64,000 nucleotides of DNA from Cycas panzhihuaensis. Taxonomy: Eukaryota; Plantae; Cycadophyta. A program made the translations under genes and the position numbers. Shown here piece by piece: positions 30,921 to 43,800 of this stretch (its first letter is position 1; every line of letters starts with the position of its first letter). Under the pieces are notes generated by a model, which was not told the origin of the DNA, did not search any database, and was given only the letters and a program-made list of their open reading frames with translations. The stretch covers positions 119,047,741-119,111,740 of the forward strand of contig CM041465.1 in the NCBI GenBank assembly GCA_023213395.1, in the 5' to 3' direction.

Positions 30921-32103
30921 CTATATAATTATTAATAATGGTACAAAATGTATTGTCACAATATGCCCTATGAAGTCAGAATCCTTATAGGGGGGTGTAC
31001 AATCATATATATGTATGGGATAGAATCCCTTGGAGGTCCAAAGCTTTCCTTTCATCAAAATTATGATACAATAGTCCCATGGGATATGTTGTAGTGAAGG
31101 GGTATTCCCCTCAGGATACCTTACTCTCTCACTTGGGGACCAAGCTCCTCTGAGGCTCATCCTCAGTTGTCATTAGGTCTCAGCCTCGCTTTCCTCATCT
31201 CTTGGCCTCTTATGGGATGGTATGGTTGTATGTGTACGCGAGGACCTAGTTGCCATCTGATCTACTAACTAGTCATAGTGTGCTTGTAGTTGGTCCCTCT
31301 CCTCCAGTACCTTAGTCAGCCAACCCTAAGTCTCTTAAAGTTAATTGTTATCCTCTTATTCTCTAGATAGATACTCCTAGGCCTCTACTAGTTAAGTCTC
31401 AAGAACCACGATCCTCACCTCTACCCCTAGAGCTTCCTAGATGTCCCTATCACCTGCTTGGGCCTCCAACTCTCGCACTCGAGCTTGTACTTGGTCCCTC
31501 TCTACCTAAAGATGGTCTCTCTCTTCCCATAGGTGATCCTCCCTCATCTATCTCTCTTAGGCCTCTATAGTCTAGATGTCTCATATAAGGATGTTGGGGG
31601 GCAAAGGCAATAGTATGAGGTTGTGTTAATCCTAGCTCCCTGTTATCTATAATAGGAGGTTGATCCTCTTCGTATACCCATGGGAACAACTCTTCTATGG
31701 CTCTACTGATCAACTCCCTAATAATACCTCCATCTATTATCCATGTAAATCCATATGTCAGTATAAAGCCTATAAATAAAATCCATAACCATAAATAATA
31801 ATAACGTCATATATCCCTTAATCAAATAATTATAAATTAAAGGCATGGGTAAAAAAGGGAGAACTCACCTCCTAGAGTAGTTGGTACCTCTCTAGTCACT
31901 GCCTCCTCTACTCTAAAGATCTCTACCCCTACCGTAGCTATGGTTGCCTCTCCTACATCTACCAATACTACATCCACCTCTGGATTAGTTGTTATCTCTC
32001 CTTGATCAACCTCTTTTTTCTTTTGCACCTTTTCTTTAGAAGGAGCATATCCCCTCCTTTTCCTTAAGACTCTAACTACTATTCTGGTTATGGATCTACT
32101 CAT
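30921..32103 (-). pseudogene. Decayed antisense accessory ORF of the Tat-like element with a predicted GT-AG intron (31868-31770) and a coiled-coil-like segment
   Basis: Donor AG|GTGAGT and acceptor TTTATTTATAG|G. Splicing joins ORF 31837-32103 in frame to ORF 31450-31713. The downstream E/Q/L-rich frame runs into ORF 30921-31160 after one frameshift. Confidence 0.6.
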
Positions 32104-32492
32104 CTATACTGATGGTGGTAGTCATGGCAACCTAGAACCTTCAGTCATAGCATGGATCATCTATGATCCCTCTGGACATGATTTCATGCATTCTAGAATC
32201 TATTTACCTAAGGCCACGAATAACGAAGCAGAGTATATAACCATTATTGAGGCCCTAACTGATGCACTTTACTTCCATTGTGGTCCCATCATCCTACACT
32301 ATGACTCTCAAATCATAGTGTTCTGGTTGACCCAAACCTATGAGGTCCTTTATCCTAGACTGAGGACTCTGGCTATGATGGTATCGGTATTTGTTATCTC
32401 ACTTCTCCTCAGTCGATATTCGATACATTCCTCATAATGAAAATGCCAAGGCTAATAGCGTAGTTAGCTTTATTCTTGAATGTCACCTCTAG
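32090..32492 (+). pseudogene. Archaeal-type RNase HI (aRH) domain as found in Tat-clade elements
   Basis: IYTDGGSHGN, ATNNEAEY..IIEAL and YDSQII; after a frameshift IPHNENAKANS (RxxNxxAD motif with D>N). Confidence 0.88.
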
Positions 32493-34219
32493 CTCTAAGG
32501 TGACTCCTTATCTACTTGATATATTGCCTTTTAGAGAGTCTCTAGGTGACCTTCCCCTCTCAACCTTTACTTTCTCTTAACCTCCAAATAGAGGTCGCTA
32601 ACAAGGATAAACTATGGTGACTAGAACCTTCCCTTACTTGGTTCATATCTTAGATTGGTATGATGAGGCATCCCCTAATTCTCCTAAAGAGTCTCTTTGG
32701 GTTTCTGAACCTTGCCTTTAGGGTCATGTTACCCATCTAGTGGTGTTGATAAAGGCATTCCCCTTAGTTACCCTTCTCCACCTCATTTACACATGCTTTG
32801 AGTTTATAATGTCGTGCCTAGAGGCTTGATTTGGTCACAAGCCTATCTCCTTCGCTCATCATGTGCCTCCTATCTATGCATTTGTTGCAACACTTATAAA
32901 TCTCCTTAGTTACCTACATACTTACTTCTTAATTATCATCACTATTGATGACATTTATGTTGATAGCATTCACCATCATCTTGTGCTCCATAGCGATGAG
33001 GTTCTGCTGCCAAGGGGACAATGTTTCTTGCATATCAGGAATAGATTAGGAGATCATTACATAGGTAAGTACAAGTATATATTCTATCTCACACTTTTAT
33101 TTGCACTCCTTATAGCCATGGTTTCACATAATATTTGCTTGACTGACCAGATACATGATGGTTTGGTTTGTTTAGCTTACCTGTGCCTATTACCTACCTA
33201 TGATAACCAAGAGTCTAGTCTAATGGCATAATTGATAGTGGTCTCCTAGTTAATAGGAGGTTCATAACATGCTCCTACAACCCAATCTCAGTTGAGTTCT
33301 AACTCATTTTTGCTCTTTTATTACATCTTTTCCCCTTTCATCTCACCTATTGATGACTTGGATAGCCCAGGGTATTTTGTCAAGATCATGGGGGGGAATT
33401 TGCACCTTATTATTTGATCCTCGTGTAATTTCTTTGTTAATTTTCATCAACTTGTCTTATCATTTTCATCAATTTCTAACTCAATTTTGTGAGTTTATTA
33501 CACTTTCTCACCATCTATTAGTCATTTAGGTGGCCTAAGGTTAGTTTATAGGGCCCTAAGGAGGAGTTCTTAACCCTTGGCATTGAGCTTCCCTTTAATT
33601 TTTATTTTTTTATTAATTTTGGTAATCTGCTTATGCCCTACTCTTATTTATGTCTACCCCACTCTAATTTCTATACCCTGCGAATATATTCATGATGTAA
33701 CTGTTAGTATCAAAATTATGGTTAGTAATGACTAAATTTACATTAAATGCTCTATCTGATAGGTTTCTTGCCTCAAGACCAACCTAGATCAAGGCCTAAT
33801 AGTTATGAGAGGGTGTTTAAGCATAAAAACTCCTTATTCTTTTGAGGATTTATCATTCTACAATCATTTTTTATTATCATTTTTTACTCTTCTTGCATAG
33901 AATAGAAAATACATATTCTTGAGGGAGAAAAACATAGGAAGGACATAGATTTTGGGTAGTAGAATATTTTGATCAGCCTTTATACTTTGCTACATCTTCC
34001 TTCATCTTCTACACTCAAGGATTCTCCACAAAAGGTCTTCTCAAGTATTGATAAAGGATCCATCAACAGGTTTCTCTTACAAATACCAAGTCTACTCACA
34101 TTCAATGGGTAAAAACTAGCCATATCATGGTTTTGAATAAAAATTCTTATCAATTACTTTTGATTTCTTACTATTTGATTCGTCTCTAATCCACATATAG
34201 CCTAAGGAAGCCATATTAC

Positions 34220-37200
34220 TATTAGAATATTAATGTACATTTGATTTATCCCACATGCAAGTGGGTCCTACTCTTCCATCATGACTTATATTATAAATAC
34301 ACAATTTTGTGTATCATATTGTAATGTTGTTGTAAGGATGTTTTGTTAATATAATTTGAGGTACCTTAAGGGTACTGTTCGATCCTGTGGAGGTGTTTGT
34401 TTCTATTTGTAATTATCTTATTGCAGGTCTATTTTCCAACATGGTATCAGAACACCTGGGTTGAGAGAGGTGTTTTTGTTCGGTATTAGAGTAGTGATTT
34501 GGGAGGTGCCATAGCGTTGAAATTTCTAAAAAGTAATAGCGAAATTAAGATGAAATAGCTCATTCTGTAAAATCTGAGTGGTCACACTATAGATTTTGGG
34601 GTGAAAGTGTAAAAATTGCAGCAAAATTAATTTTAGCCTACATTTTTCCATCACTGTATTTTTGGGACAAATCTGTGACCTCAACTTCAAAGAGCCATAA
34701 CCTTAGCTACAGGTATCCAAATGACCTCAAATGTTTTTTGATTTCGTGCATTTTTTAATTCTCTTTATAATGGAAGTGGTTTGAGGTTCATTAGAGTTCA
34801 GAATAAAAAGTTACTAGCAGTTTATCAGAAGGTACTATTACAGCCCTTAGAAACCCTAATTGTGAAATTCTTAAAAGAAGCATAACTTTTGATCTAGATA
34901 TCAGAATTCAATTTAGTCTAAACCATTGGAATCGTATTTCAGAGGCCATCATTTCCATTTATATTTTATGTATTTTTGAGTTATACTTTTTTTAGAAATA
35001 AGTTTTTAGAATTTAAGGGTTTCATATTGATATGGTGACATGAATGAGGCAATGGTAATGAGGTGATTGTTTGAGGCTCTCTTACATATGTTGTGCTTGG
35101 GAGAGTATTGTTGCAATATAAGATGATATTAAGTTATGTTGATGTGAATGTATTTGTCACTCTATTGGTGATTTGAAGTGCATGATGGTGATTGTTTAAT
35201 GGAAAATTAAGTGTCTTCTTACATGTGTTCATATGAGAGAGCCATTGTGATGATGACATAGTATGGTGATGAAGCAACAGTGCATGTGTTTGCATGAATG
35301 AGTTGGGTGGCATATGGTGATTTAGTGCTCCTTGGAATGTGATTTATATGAAGGGACTTTATGGGCATAATAAGACTAATTTGAGGGCAATAAAGATAGT
35401 GATATAAGGCGATGAGATGCTTATTGCATGTGAGGTTAATATGACAAGATTGGGCAATTATTGGGCATGTTTTGAGGATGAGATTAGGGATGTTTGATGA
35501 TGTGTTCTAGTTGATTGAATAGGAAAAGAAGGATGAGTTTCTTGTTGAAGATACGTGAGTTGCAGGGAAGCAAAATTATTAAGTGGTGTAATGGCATGAG
35601 TTGTGTTTTAGGTAATTAAGTGAAGTATGTATCTTGGTAGTGACATATGGCATGTATGATCATTATGAGATTTATAAGGCATTGATTTGGTGAAGTGAGT
35701 GTTTAGATTCTACGTGACTGGTTGGTGATATGTGAAAGGCAATGATGTGAGGATAAAGTCAATGATGTGAAAGATATGAGATATAAGAGAATTTGGTGAG
35801 TATGATTAATAAGCAAGTTACCAATATTAGGTGAGTTTGTTGATTGAAAAAGGGTCACATTGTTTAGAGATGGCATTTATAATCATGGAAGAGAATGATG
35901 TGGTTATGTATGTTCTTGAAACAAATGAATATTATTTGAAGGATTCATTTCTTCCAATACCTAAGTGCAATGGTGAAGACTACTTCTTTTGGACAATTAA
36001 AATGAGATGTCTATTCATAGCTAGAGGTTTGTGGAAGATTGTTACTGATAAATATGATATCCCTAAGGATGAAGAAGAAAAGGAAATACTTGAGAAGAAA
36101 GATAGAAAGGCATTCATTATGATTCGTACTGCATTCAATGAGGTTGATCTTCCTTCTAAATACCATTTTGTCATTCATATGATTCTACATGCAAGTAATA
36201 CTAAAGAAGCTTGGGATTTTTTAAGGGAAGTATTTGAACAAACTCTTGAAGAAACACAACAAATGATTGAAAAAGCAATTAGGGCTAGTTATGGTACAGG
36301 TACAACGAATGAAGAAAATATCATTAACACTGATGAAACAACATGTCAAGATGAAGAATGTATAAGTACTGACGAAACTTCTACTGAATGTAAAGAAACG
36401 ATGGTTGAATGCATTGATGAGATTACAAATGAAGACATTGAAAGTGATGAATTGATTTTAAGGGAGATTGAATATGAATCCGATGGTTCTATAAAGGATG
36501 AATCTTATATTAATGATATTCCTACTTTGAGTATTAATTCAAGTTTGAATGATATTTCTTCTTTGAGCATTGTTTCAAGTTTAAAGAGTATGCAAGTTGA
36601 TCAAGACTCCACTCCTAAAGTTGAAGAAATCACTGTTGTGCATAGTGTTTAAGAGTTTATACAAGATAATGATGATAGGCAAGTTATGATTGAAGATGGT
36701 TATTTACAAGATCTACATCATAATAAGACTAGACCGGACACAATGAAGAATCATGATTTGCACTTGCTAGAGCTGTTACATCAACATCATCACTACAAGA
36801 TTGAAGATAGAAATGAAGTTAAAGATATCATCTTACAAAGGCATCAGTACAGAATTGAAGATGAAAATCAAGATGAAGACATCATTCTGCAACAAAGACA
36901 TCACTACAAGATTAAAGACAAGAATTAGGTTGAAGACATCATTCTCAAAACATTTCCAAGGACAAAGCATTGCAAATACAAATGACCCAAATGTACATTA
37001 AGGGGAAGTGTTAGAATATTAATGTATATTTGATTTATCCCACATGCAAGTGGGTCCTACTCTTCCATCATGACTTATATTATAAATACATAATTTTGTG
37101 TATCATATTGTAATGTTGTTGTAAGGATGTTTTATTAATATAATTTGAGGTACCTTAAGGGTACCGTTGGATCCTGTGGAGGTGTTTGTTTTTATTTATG

Positions 37201-37230
37201 ATTATCTTATTGCAGGTCTATTTTCCAATA
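34220..37230 (+). mobile_element. Non-autonomous gag-only LTR retrotransposon (TR-GAG-like), copy B, 3011 bp
   Basis: 222-bp LTRs 34220-34441 and 37009-37230; exact TSD ATTAC; PBS TGGTATCAGA at 34442; PPT AAGGGGAAG at 37000-37008; colinear with the reverse complement of 879-3891. Confidence 0.94.
35870..36985 (+). pseudogene. Copia-type Gag with acidic linker and repeat tail, ~371 codons, two in-frame stops (36650, 36926)
   Basis: ORF 35831-36652 (PKCNGEDYFFWTIKMRCLFIARGLWKIV; TKEAWDFL) and in-frame ORF 36686-36928. Confidence 0.82.
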
Positions 37231-37770
37231 ATTACACCCTCTTTATCATATTTTTCCACTTGCAACCTTTGGGAAACCTCCCTCTATGAACTAGAAACCT
37301 TTTACAAAATACCTTTGGGTATTGGAGAAGAGAGTGAGTAGGGTAATAATTGGTTAAGGGAGTTTAGTGAAGGGAAAAGAGGTCCATGTTCTAACTTTTG
37401 CGCCCCCTTCCATTGGGTAATCCCCTTCTAACACCACAAGGTGCCCTATCTCATTATGCATGAATATTCTTCTTTAATACAAACCTAAACCACTACATCA
37501 TTTTTCAAGCAATCCATTGCTCACTCTTAACATTTCATATCTCATCTTCATACCCTTTTTCACTATGCACTATTGCCTAAAACTAGTAAAACTAGGTGAT
37601 ACTTCTTATCAGTTGAGAGACCATTACTATATAAGGGGCCATGCTATTTTCAGGCACACTCCCTTGCATCCCTCTCATTTTTTTCACATGCATATATCTT
37701 TAAAAGAGGGAAGTATTTTACTTATTTTACTTGAGTGATTGAAGCTAATAAACATTATTATTTTGTGAAG

Positions 37771-38348
<578 letters not shown>

Positions 38349-39652
38349 TGTATACACTCCTTGGGGGTAGAGTTTGTCTTATGTCATAGGTGGAGGACTC
38401 ATCTCTATTCACTAGCTTATAAAGCAAGAGGAAGGGCTTCATCAAAAAGTAACATTGGTTCATGGTTTAGCATTGTTTTATTTATTATGCATCTTTGCTC
38501 TTTTTAGTGCTTTATTTCCTTTCTTTATTTACAACATTTCTTTTGAGTTTAAGGAAGGTAAGGGAGCCTTATTGTATCCCATGGCATCCACAATAAAGGA
38601 GCTTATGCTATCAGCAAAGGAAAAGCTAGGTCAAAGTTGCCCTCAAGCATTATTAATCGGGCATGATCTTTTGAAGCTCTCTCCCTCTTCCTCCAATCTT
38701 ATCTTTTGGTTAATGTTGATTACATGCATATAAACAATAAAAGCAAAAGAATTGTCTTGTTGCATAACACACTTCTTGCATTCATAAAAGGGAAATAGAT
38801 CCCTCTATTCCCCTGCTTCCTTCTTCATGAAAGAAAAAGTCATTGTAGGAAAAGACTCCTCCTCCTATTTTGCATACACATATGCATGTACAAACAAGGT
38901 TGGAGAACATAGCTTGAAGAAGTGCATTTCTTTTTTGCATCAAAAGGAAACACATATTAAAACAGAAGACAGTGCATAAGCATTAAAATAATACTCATCT
39001 CTCTCCTTCCTCTTGAATCTCCTTCCTATATAAAATTGACCTTTGCATTTCTCAAAGTAAGTAGCTTAAGGGTTTTCTTAGTCAAAAGTAAAGGAGAGTG
39101 AATTTGAGAGTGAGAGATTTCAATTGATATGCATTGTTAAATAACTATTTTATTTTGTAAATAACACAACCACATTTCTTTTGCCTTAAACATCATACCT
39201 TTAAAATAAGAAAATATCACCTCTTTACACAACCAAAAGAGACCTCAATATAACCTTGCACTATAACCAAACCCTAAAGGTAACCCTTTAGACAAAAAGA
39301 AACAACCTAAAACCCTTTGTTTTGCATCTTGTTTCTTACCCATACTGTACTTCCTTTTTTCCAAAAGGGAGTCATCATTTCTTCCCTTCCCAATGAGGAT
39401 AGGAGAGTCTTATCTAGGCTAATTGGTATCCCGAGGATGTTGATCCTTCTACTCCCAAAGAATACCATAATCCTCTAAGGTGGATAGGGGGACACGCACA
39501 TTGTGGGTCCTCAAACTTGTTCCCTAGTGTAGAGATGCCCTTTAAGGGTAAGTTAAACCCCTTTTACACTTCCAAATTCCTATTCCTTGAAATTAGCATT
39601 AATTAGAGTGTAGTAATTCCTAATGAACCCCCAAAGGTGTGCTTCCAAACAC

Positions 39653-40320
39653 CATCCAAAGAAGAAGTTATAATTGATAGAACTCTATATAAATAATTAA
39701 TTATAAACTTAATATATCTCACTATAGCTAAACCTAACATCTCATATTCAGTTGGTCTAGTCTTTAGGTATATATAAGATCCCAATATGAGACATTAGAA
39801 AGTAGCAAAAAGGGTACTCAAATATCTAAAAGGAACAATTAATCTAAAACTCACTTATCCAAAAGTCAAATTAAACAAGTTGATTGGATTATGTGATTCA
39901 AATTAGGTAGAGGACAAAGAAAAAAGAAGATCAATGAGGGATGCTACTTCTTTCTTGGACTAGTAGCTATCTCCTAGAGTAATAAACAATAATCAACTAT
40001 TACCCTATAATCCATTGAATTAGAGTATAAGTTAGTAGTTAGTGCCTCATGTGAAATAGTTTGGTTAAGACAACTTCTATCAAATTTGGATCAACAGTAA
40101 AAAGGAGTAACAACTTTATTCTATGATAATCAAAGTGCCATCAAGATGACCAAGAATCTAATTCTTTATGTGCAAATGAAATATATTGAAGTGCATTACC
40201 ACTTCATATGGGAGAAGGTATAGAATGAAGAGATTGATTTAATATTCTATCCAATAAATGAATGGATTGCAAATATCCTAACAAAGCCTCTTAGCAAGGA
40301 TAAGTTCCAAATCCTTAAAG
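39653..40320 (+). pseudogene. Copia RT-RNase H 3' part, resumed after the Gypsy insertion
   Basis: YLTIAKPNISYSVGLV, GLCDSN, FYDNQSAIKMTKN, IEVHYHFIWEKV and IANILTKPL motifs. Confidence 0.85.
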
Positions 40321-41284
40321 ATATTAAGAGAGGGTATTAAGGTATAATGTTTTATCTAGAATGTTAAATATCTTATTTAGGAATAATTGAGGGTAATATG
40401 TAAACCCCTCTTTATGTAAATTAGACAAGCAGCTAACATGTGTCATTTAAACATGCAGTGATTACATCTTGACAATGTATATTTAAGGACTTCATCTCCC
40501 CTATAATAATCAAGGGAAGTTCATCACCTTTTAAGTGTGAATTTAATAATACTAACCTCTTGTGAGGCCTTTTTAGTGGAAATTTAGCGACATAATAACC
40601 ATGCAATAGGCATTGGACTTCAGTAGGAAAGAGAATTAGAAGAGGGAGGAGGAAGGAGAATCTCCAACCTACTCCACACACTATAAAATCCTGCAATAAA
40701 ACTGATAGAGCTCTACCACTTGTAGGAATTACTGGCATGCAAGACTATTATAAAAAATAGATGGAAAAACTACCAAACCAATGAAGATAAACTAAACATT
40801 CAACTCAACCAAAAGTGTATGTGAAATAGGCCTCATAAATAACAAACTATCCACCCCTTTTGGAGGCCAAATAAGTAATACTAGGCCCTCATTTGAGTAT
40901 AAGATACCAATAAATGTAGGAGGTGAAACATATAAATGAAAGACAGTAAAAAATAGCACAACAAATAAGCATAAACAAAGGTAATACAATTCTAGAAGGA
41001 AAAATTAAATAAAATCTTAGAGAAAAGATGGAAATTATAGGCTTGTAGGGGATGTTGCCCCATTTTAAGAGATGAAGAGATGCCAATGATAATATGCTCT
41101 ATCTAACAAATCCTTCAACAGCATCCAATGATCAAACTTTAAGCCAAGAGTGGAATCCAATGAGGAATGTTAGATGAACTTAAGTAATTTGATAAAATTT
41201 TGGAAGCATTATGATAACTCAATCAACTCATAGAATGACCTACATTTTTTAATGAAAATAGGGTGTATAAATAGATACAGATGA

Positions 41285-41460
41285 AGGCCCTAGCCTATGG
41301 TTTCAAGACCATAGATTTGGGAGAAATTATAGGCCAAAACCATAAGTAAAATTCCATGGTTTTAATAGCAAACTATAAAATTATGCAATAAATGGCCTAT
41401 GGTTTTATCAAAACCTATGAATAACCCATGGTTTTGATGAAGCCATAAAGAGGGCCTACT
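41285..41460. repeat. Cluster of short direct and inverted CCATGGTTTT/AAAACCATA motifs, possibly decayed CACTA subterminal repeats
   Basis: About eight motif copies in both orientations; no CACTA terminus identified. Confidence 0.4.
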
Positions 41461-41949
41461 TCTTGGAGCCATAAATACATACCAAATATAGGCCTAAAAA
41501 ATTTTAAAGTAGAAAAAGTCATATTGTGAAGTTTGGTGTGATACCATGAAGTTCTAATTTTTTCACAATTCTAGATAAAAATTTGTTTAAAAGGTTGAAA
41601 AAATAATATAGCATGATGGAAAATCAAGGTGGCACAAGTAATAATCATAATGGGATGAGAGAAAAAGATGAAAAATAGATCAAATTTGATGAAAAAAGAA
41701 TCAAAAGAACAGGTTGAGAAGAGGAAAGATATAAAATGAGCAAAAGAAAGGTGAGATGTATCTTGTAGAGGTACTAAGAGGCTATTCTTAACTTTCTAAA
41801 CTTGAATGGATAATAATAAAGCCATCGACCATGGTCAAAATTATCATCAACAAAGCACAAACATACTCATCTAATAAATTAACATGTAAACAAGAGCATA
41901 TTCTTATAAAACAACTACTCTAAGATACATTAAGCTAAGCTAAGAAATG

Positions 41950-43800
41950 AATAAGCATATACCTTCACTTAATAGTTGGTATGGTGTCCATAAAGTTCTC
42001 AGATTATAGAAAATAATATACATCTCTCAAACCTCTTTTCCATGTTTAATATTAGGTAAATCAATCACCATTTATATTTTCTTCATTAATGCTAAATTAT
42101 TGTAGTTTTCATATCTAAATCTTTTATGCCATATCTCACTATCCATATTAATTGATGCCTTTAAAGCATAATAGTTATTTTAAGGTATAACTAACTTAAA
42201 TAATTTATCACTTGTCATTTGACCCTTAGCAACTATTGCTTCATTCTTTAATGTATCCCTAATTATGCATTCCCCATTAAAGATAACTTTACACTTTTGC
42301 TCCATTATTTGTCAGACTCATGGTATGTTTTCTTTTAGTATAGGGACATGAAGTATATCATTAATGCACTTGGTCCCTCTAAAATTTGTTTGGATAGATA
42401 CATTCCCTTTATTTGTTATTGCTTAAATAGTGTTATTTCTAAATATGATTTTGTTTGTTTGAGAATTGTCTAACTCTTTAAACCATTCTTTTCTTAGAGT
42501 CATATAGGTAGAGCAACTTGAGTCAATGTGCCAACTATCCTCTTCTTCATTAGCTATTAGACTTGATAGAAAAAGTCTCTCATTTTCCCTTAGTTCTTCA
42601 ACTATTGCATTTGTTACTCCCCTTTATATGTTATACCTTTTTATAAAGTAATTAATTTTTAAGTATCTATTTCTATGGAAATAGGAGCATTACATTATTC
42701 CTCTTCATCTACCTCTAGGACTCCTTCCTCTTTGCCCCTAATTCCTTCCTCTTAGACTTTAGCCTCTACTTTTATAGTTTTGAGTTCCAAATCCTTCTCC
42801 TTGAACTTGATTAAATTGGCCTTGATTCCCATATATTTGTCCATGATAAAGTTATCCTTATCCTTGAAGAAATTTCCCCTAACCTTGATGGAAACTATCC
42901 TTGGTAAAATTATCTTTAGTTCTTATAGTTTTGACCCCTCCCTTATAGAGATTGACCTCTTTTCCTAGAACTTTGGCCTTAATAAGGTGACCTAATATTT
43001 GTCTTAATAGAAAATACATGTTCTAAGGACTCACTACTATCTTTCTCTTCTTCAGTAGCTAACAACATAGCACTAAGTTAATCAACCTTAAGTATAATTA
43101 GGTCTTTGGACACTTCAATACTTGTGGCTACCATTTTAAACATCTTAATCTTACTAACACTTAAAATCTTTCCTACCATATTTTGTTCACTAATATCTTT
43201 ACGTAAGACCCTTATTTGATTAATTAGGCCTTGTATCTTAGTTATGAATTCATTGATCCTCTTATTCTTATTCATTCTAAAGTTTTTAAATCTAGTCCTT
43301 ATGGTTTAAAGTTTTATTATAATAACTCCTTTATAGGTCATCTTCAAATTGTTCCATACCTCCTTTGATATAGTCATTTCATTTAGTTTTGGAAAGATGT
43401 GGTCCTTGAAAGAGTAAAAGATGAATGCAAAAGCCTCATTCTCTTTCTTTTTGTTCTCTTTAAAAGTCTTCTTCTCATCTATAGTATCATTAGAATCAAG
43501 TGCATTATAATCATTTATAATTAAGCCCTGCATGCCTTTTAATACAAAGATTAGCTTTATTCTATGAATCTAATTTAAAAAATTAATACCATCAAACTTG
43601 GGTACCATTACATTATTCATGTTAAAAGCTATGATGAAACAAAATGCCATGAAAGATAAACTACTTTAAAGGTATAAGTGCTTGATAAAGGAGTAACAAG
43701 TGCACTAAGCAAGGGTAAAAATGACAATCAAATTATCCCATTTCAACTTAAGAACATGTACAATTATCCTAATTATAACTTGGCCACCTCCAAGATAAAG
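41950..43800 (-). mobile_element. Copia gag-PR-GAG-pre-integrase fragment, same family as 12455-13900
   Basis: NNVMVPKFDGINF (~43600), KEVWNNLKMTYKG, MVGKILS, SWHIDSSCSTYM (~42500-42540), W..RYGIKDL (~42125-42150); shared leader with 13740-13900. Confidence 0.82.

Noticed and set aside
32090-32437. Horizontally acquired prokaryotic rnhA or a host RNase H gene
   Set aside because: It lies between the LTRs of a Gypsy element, and aRH is a known Tat-clade domain.
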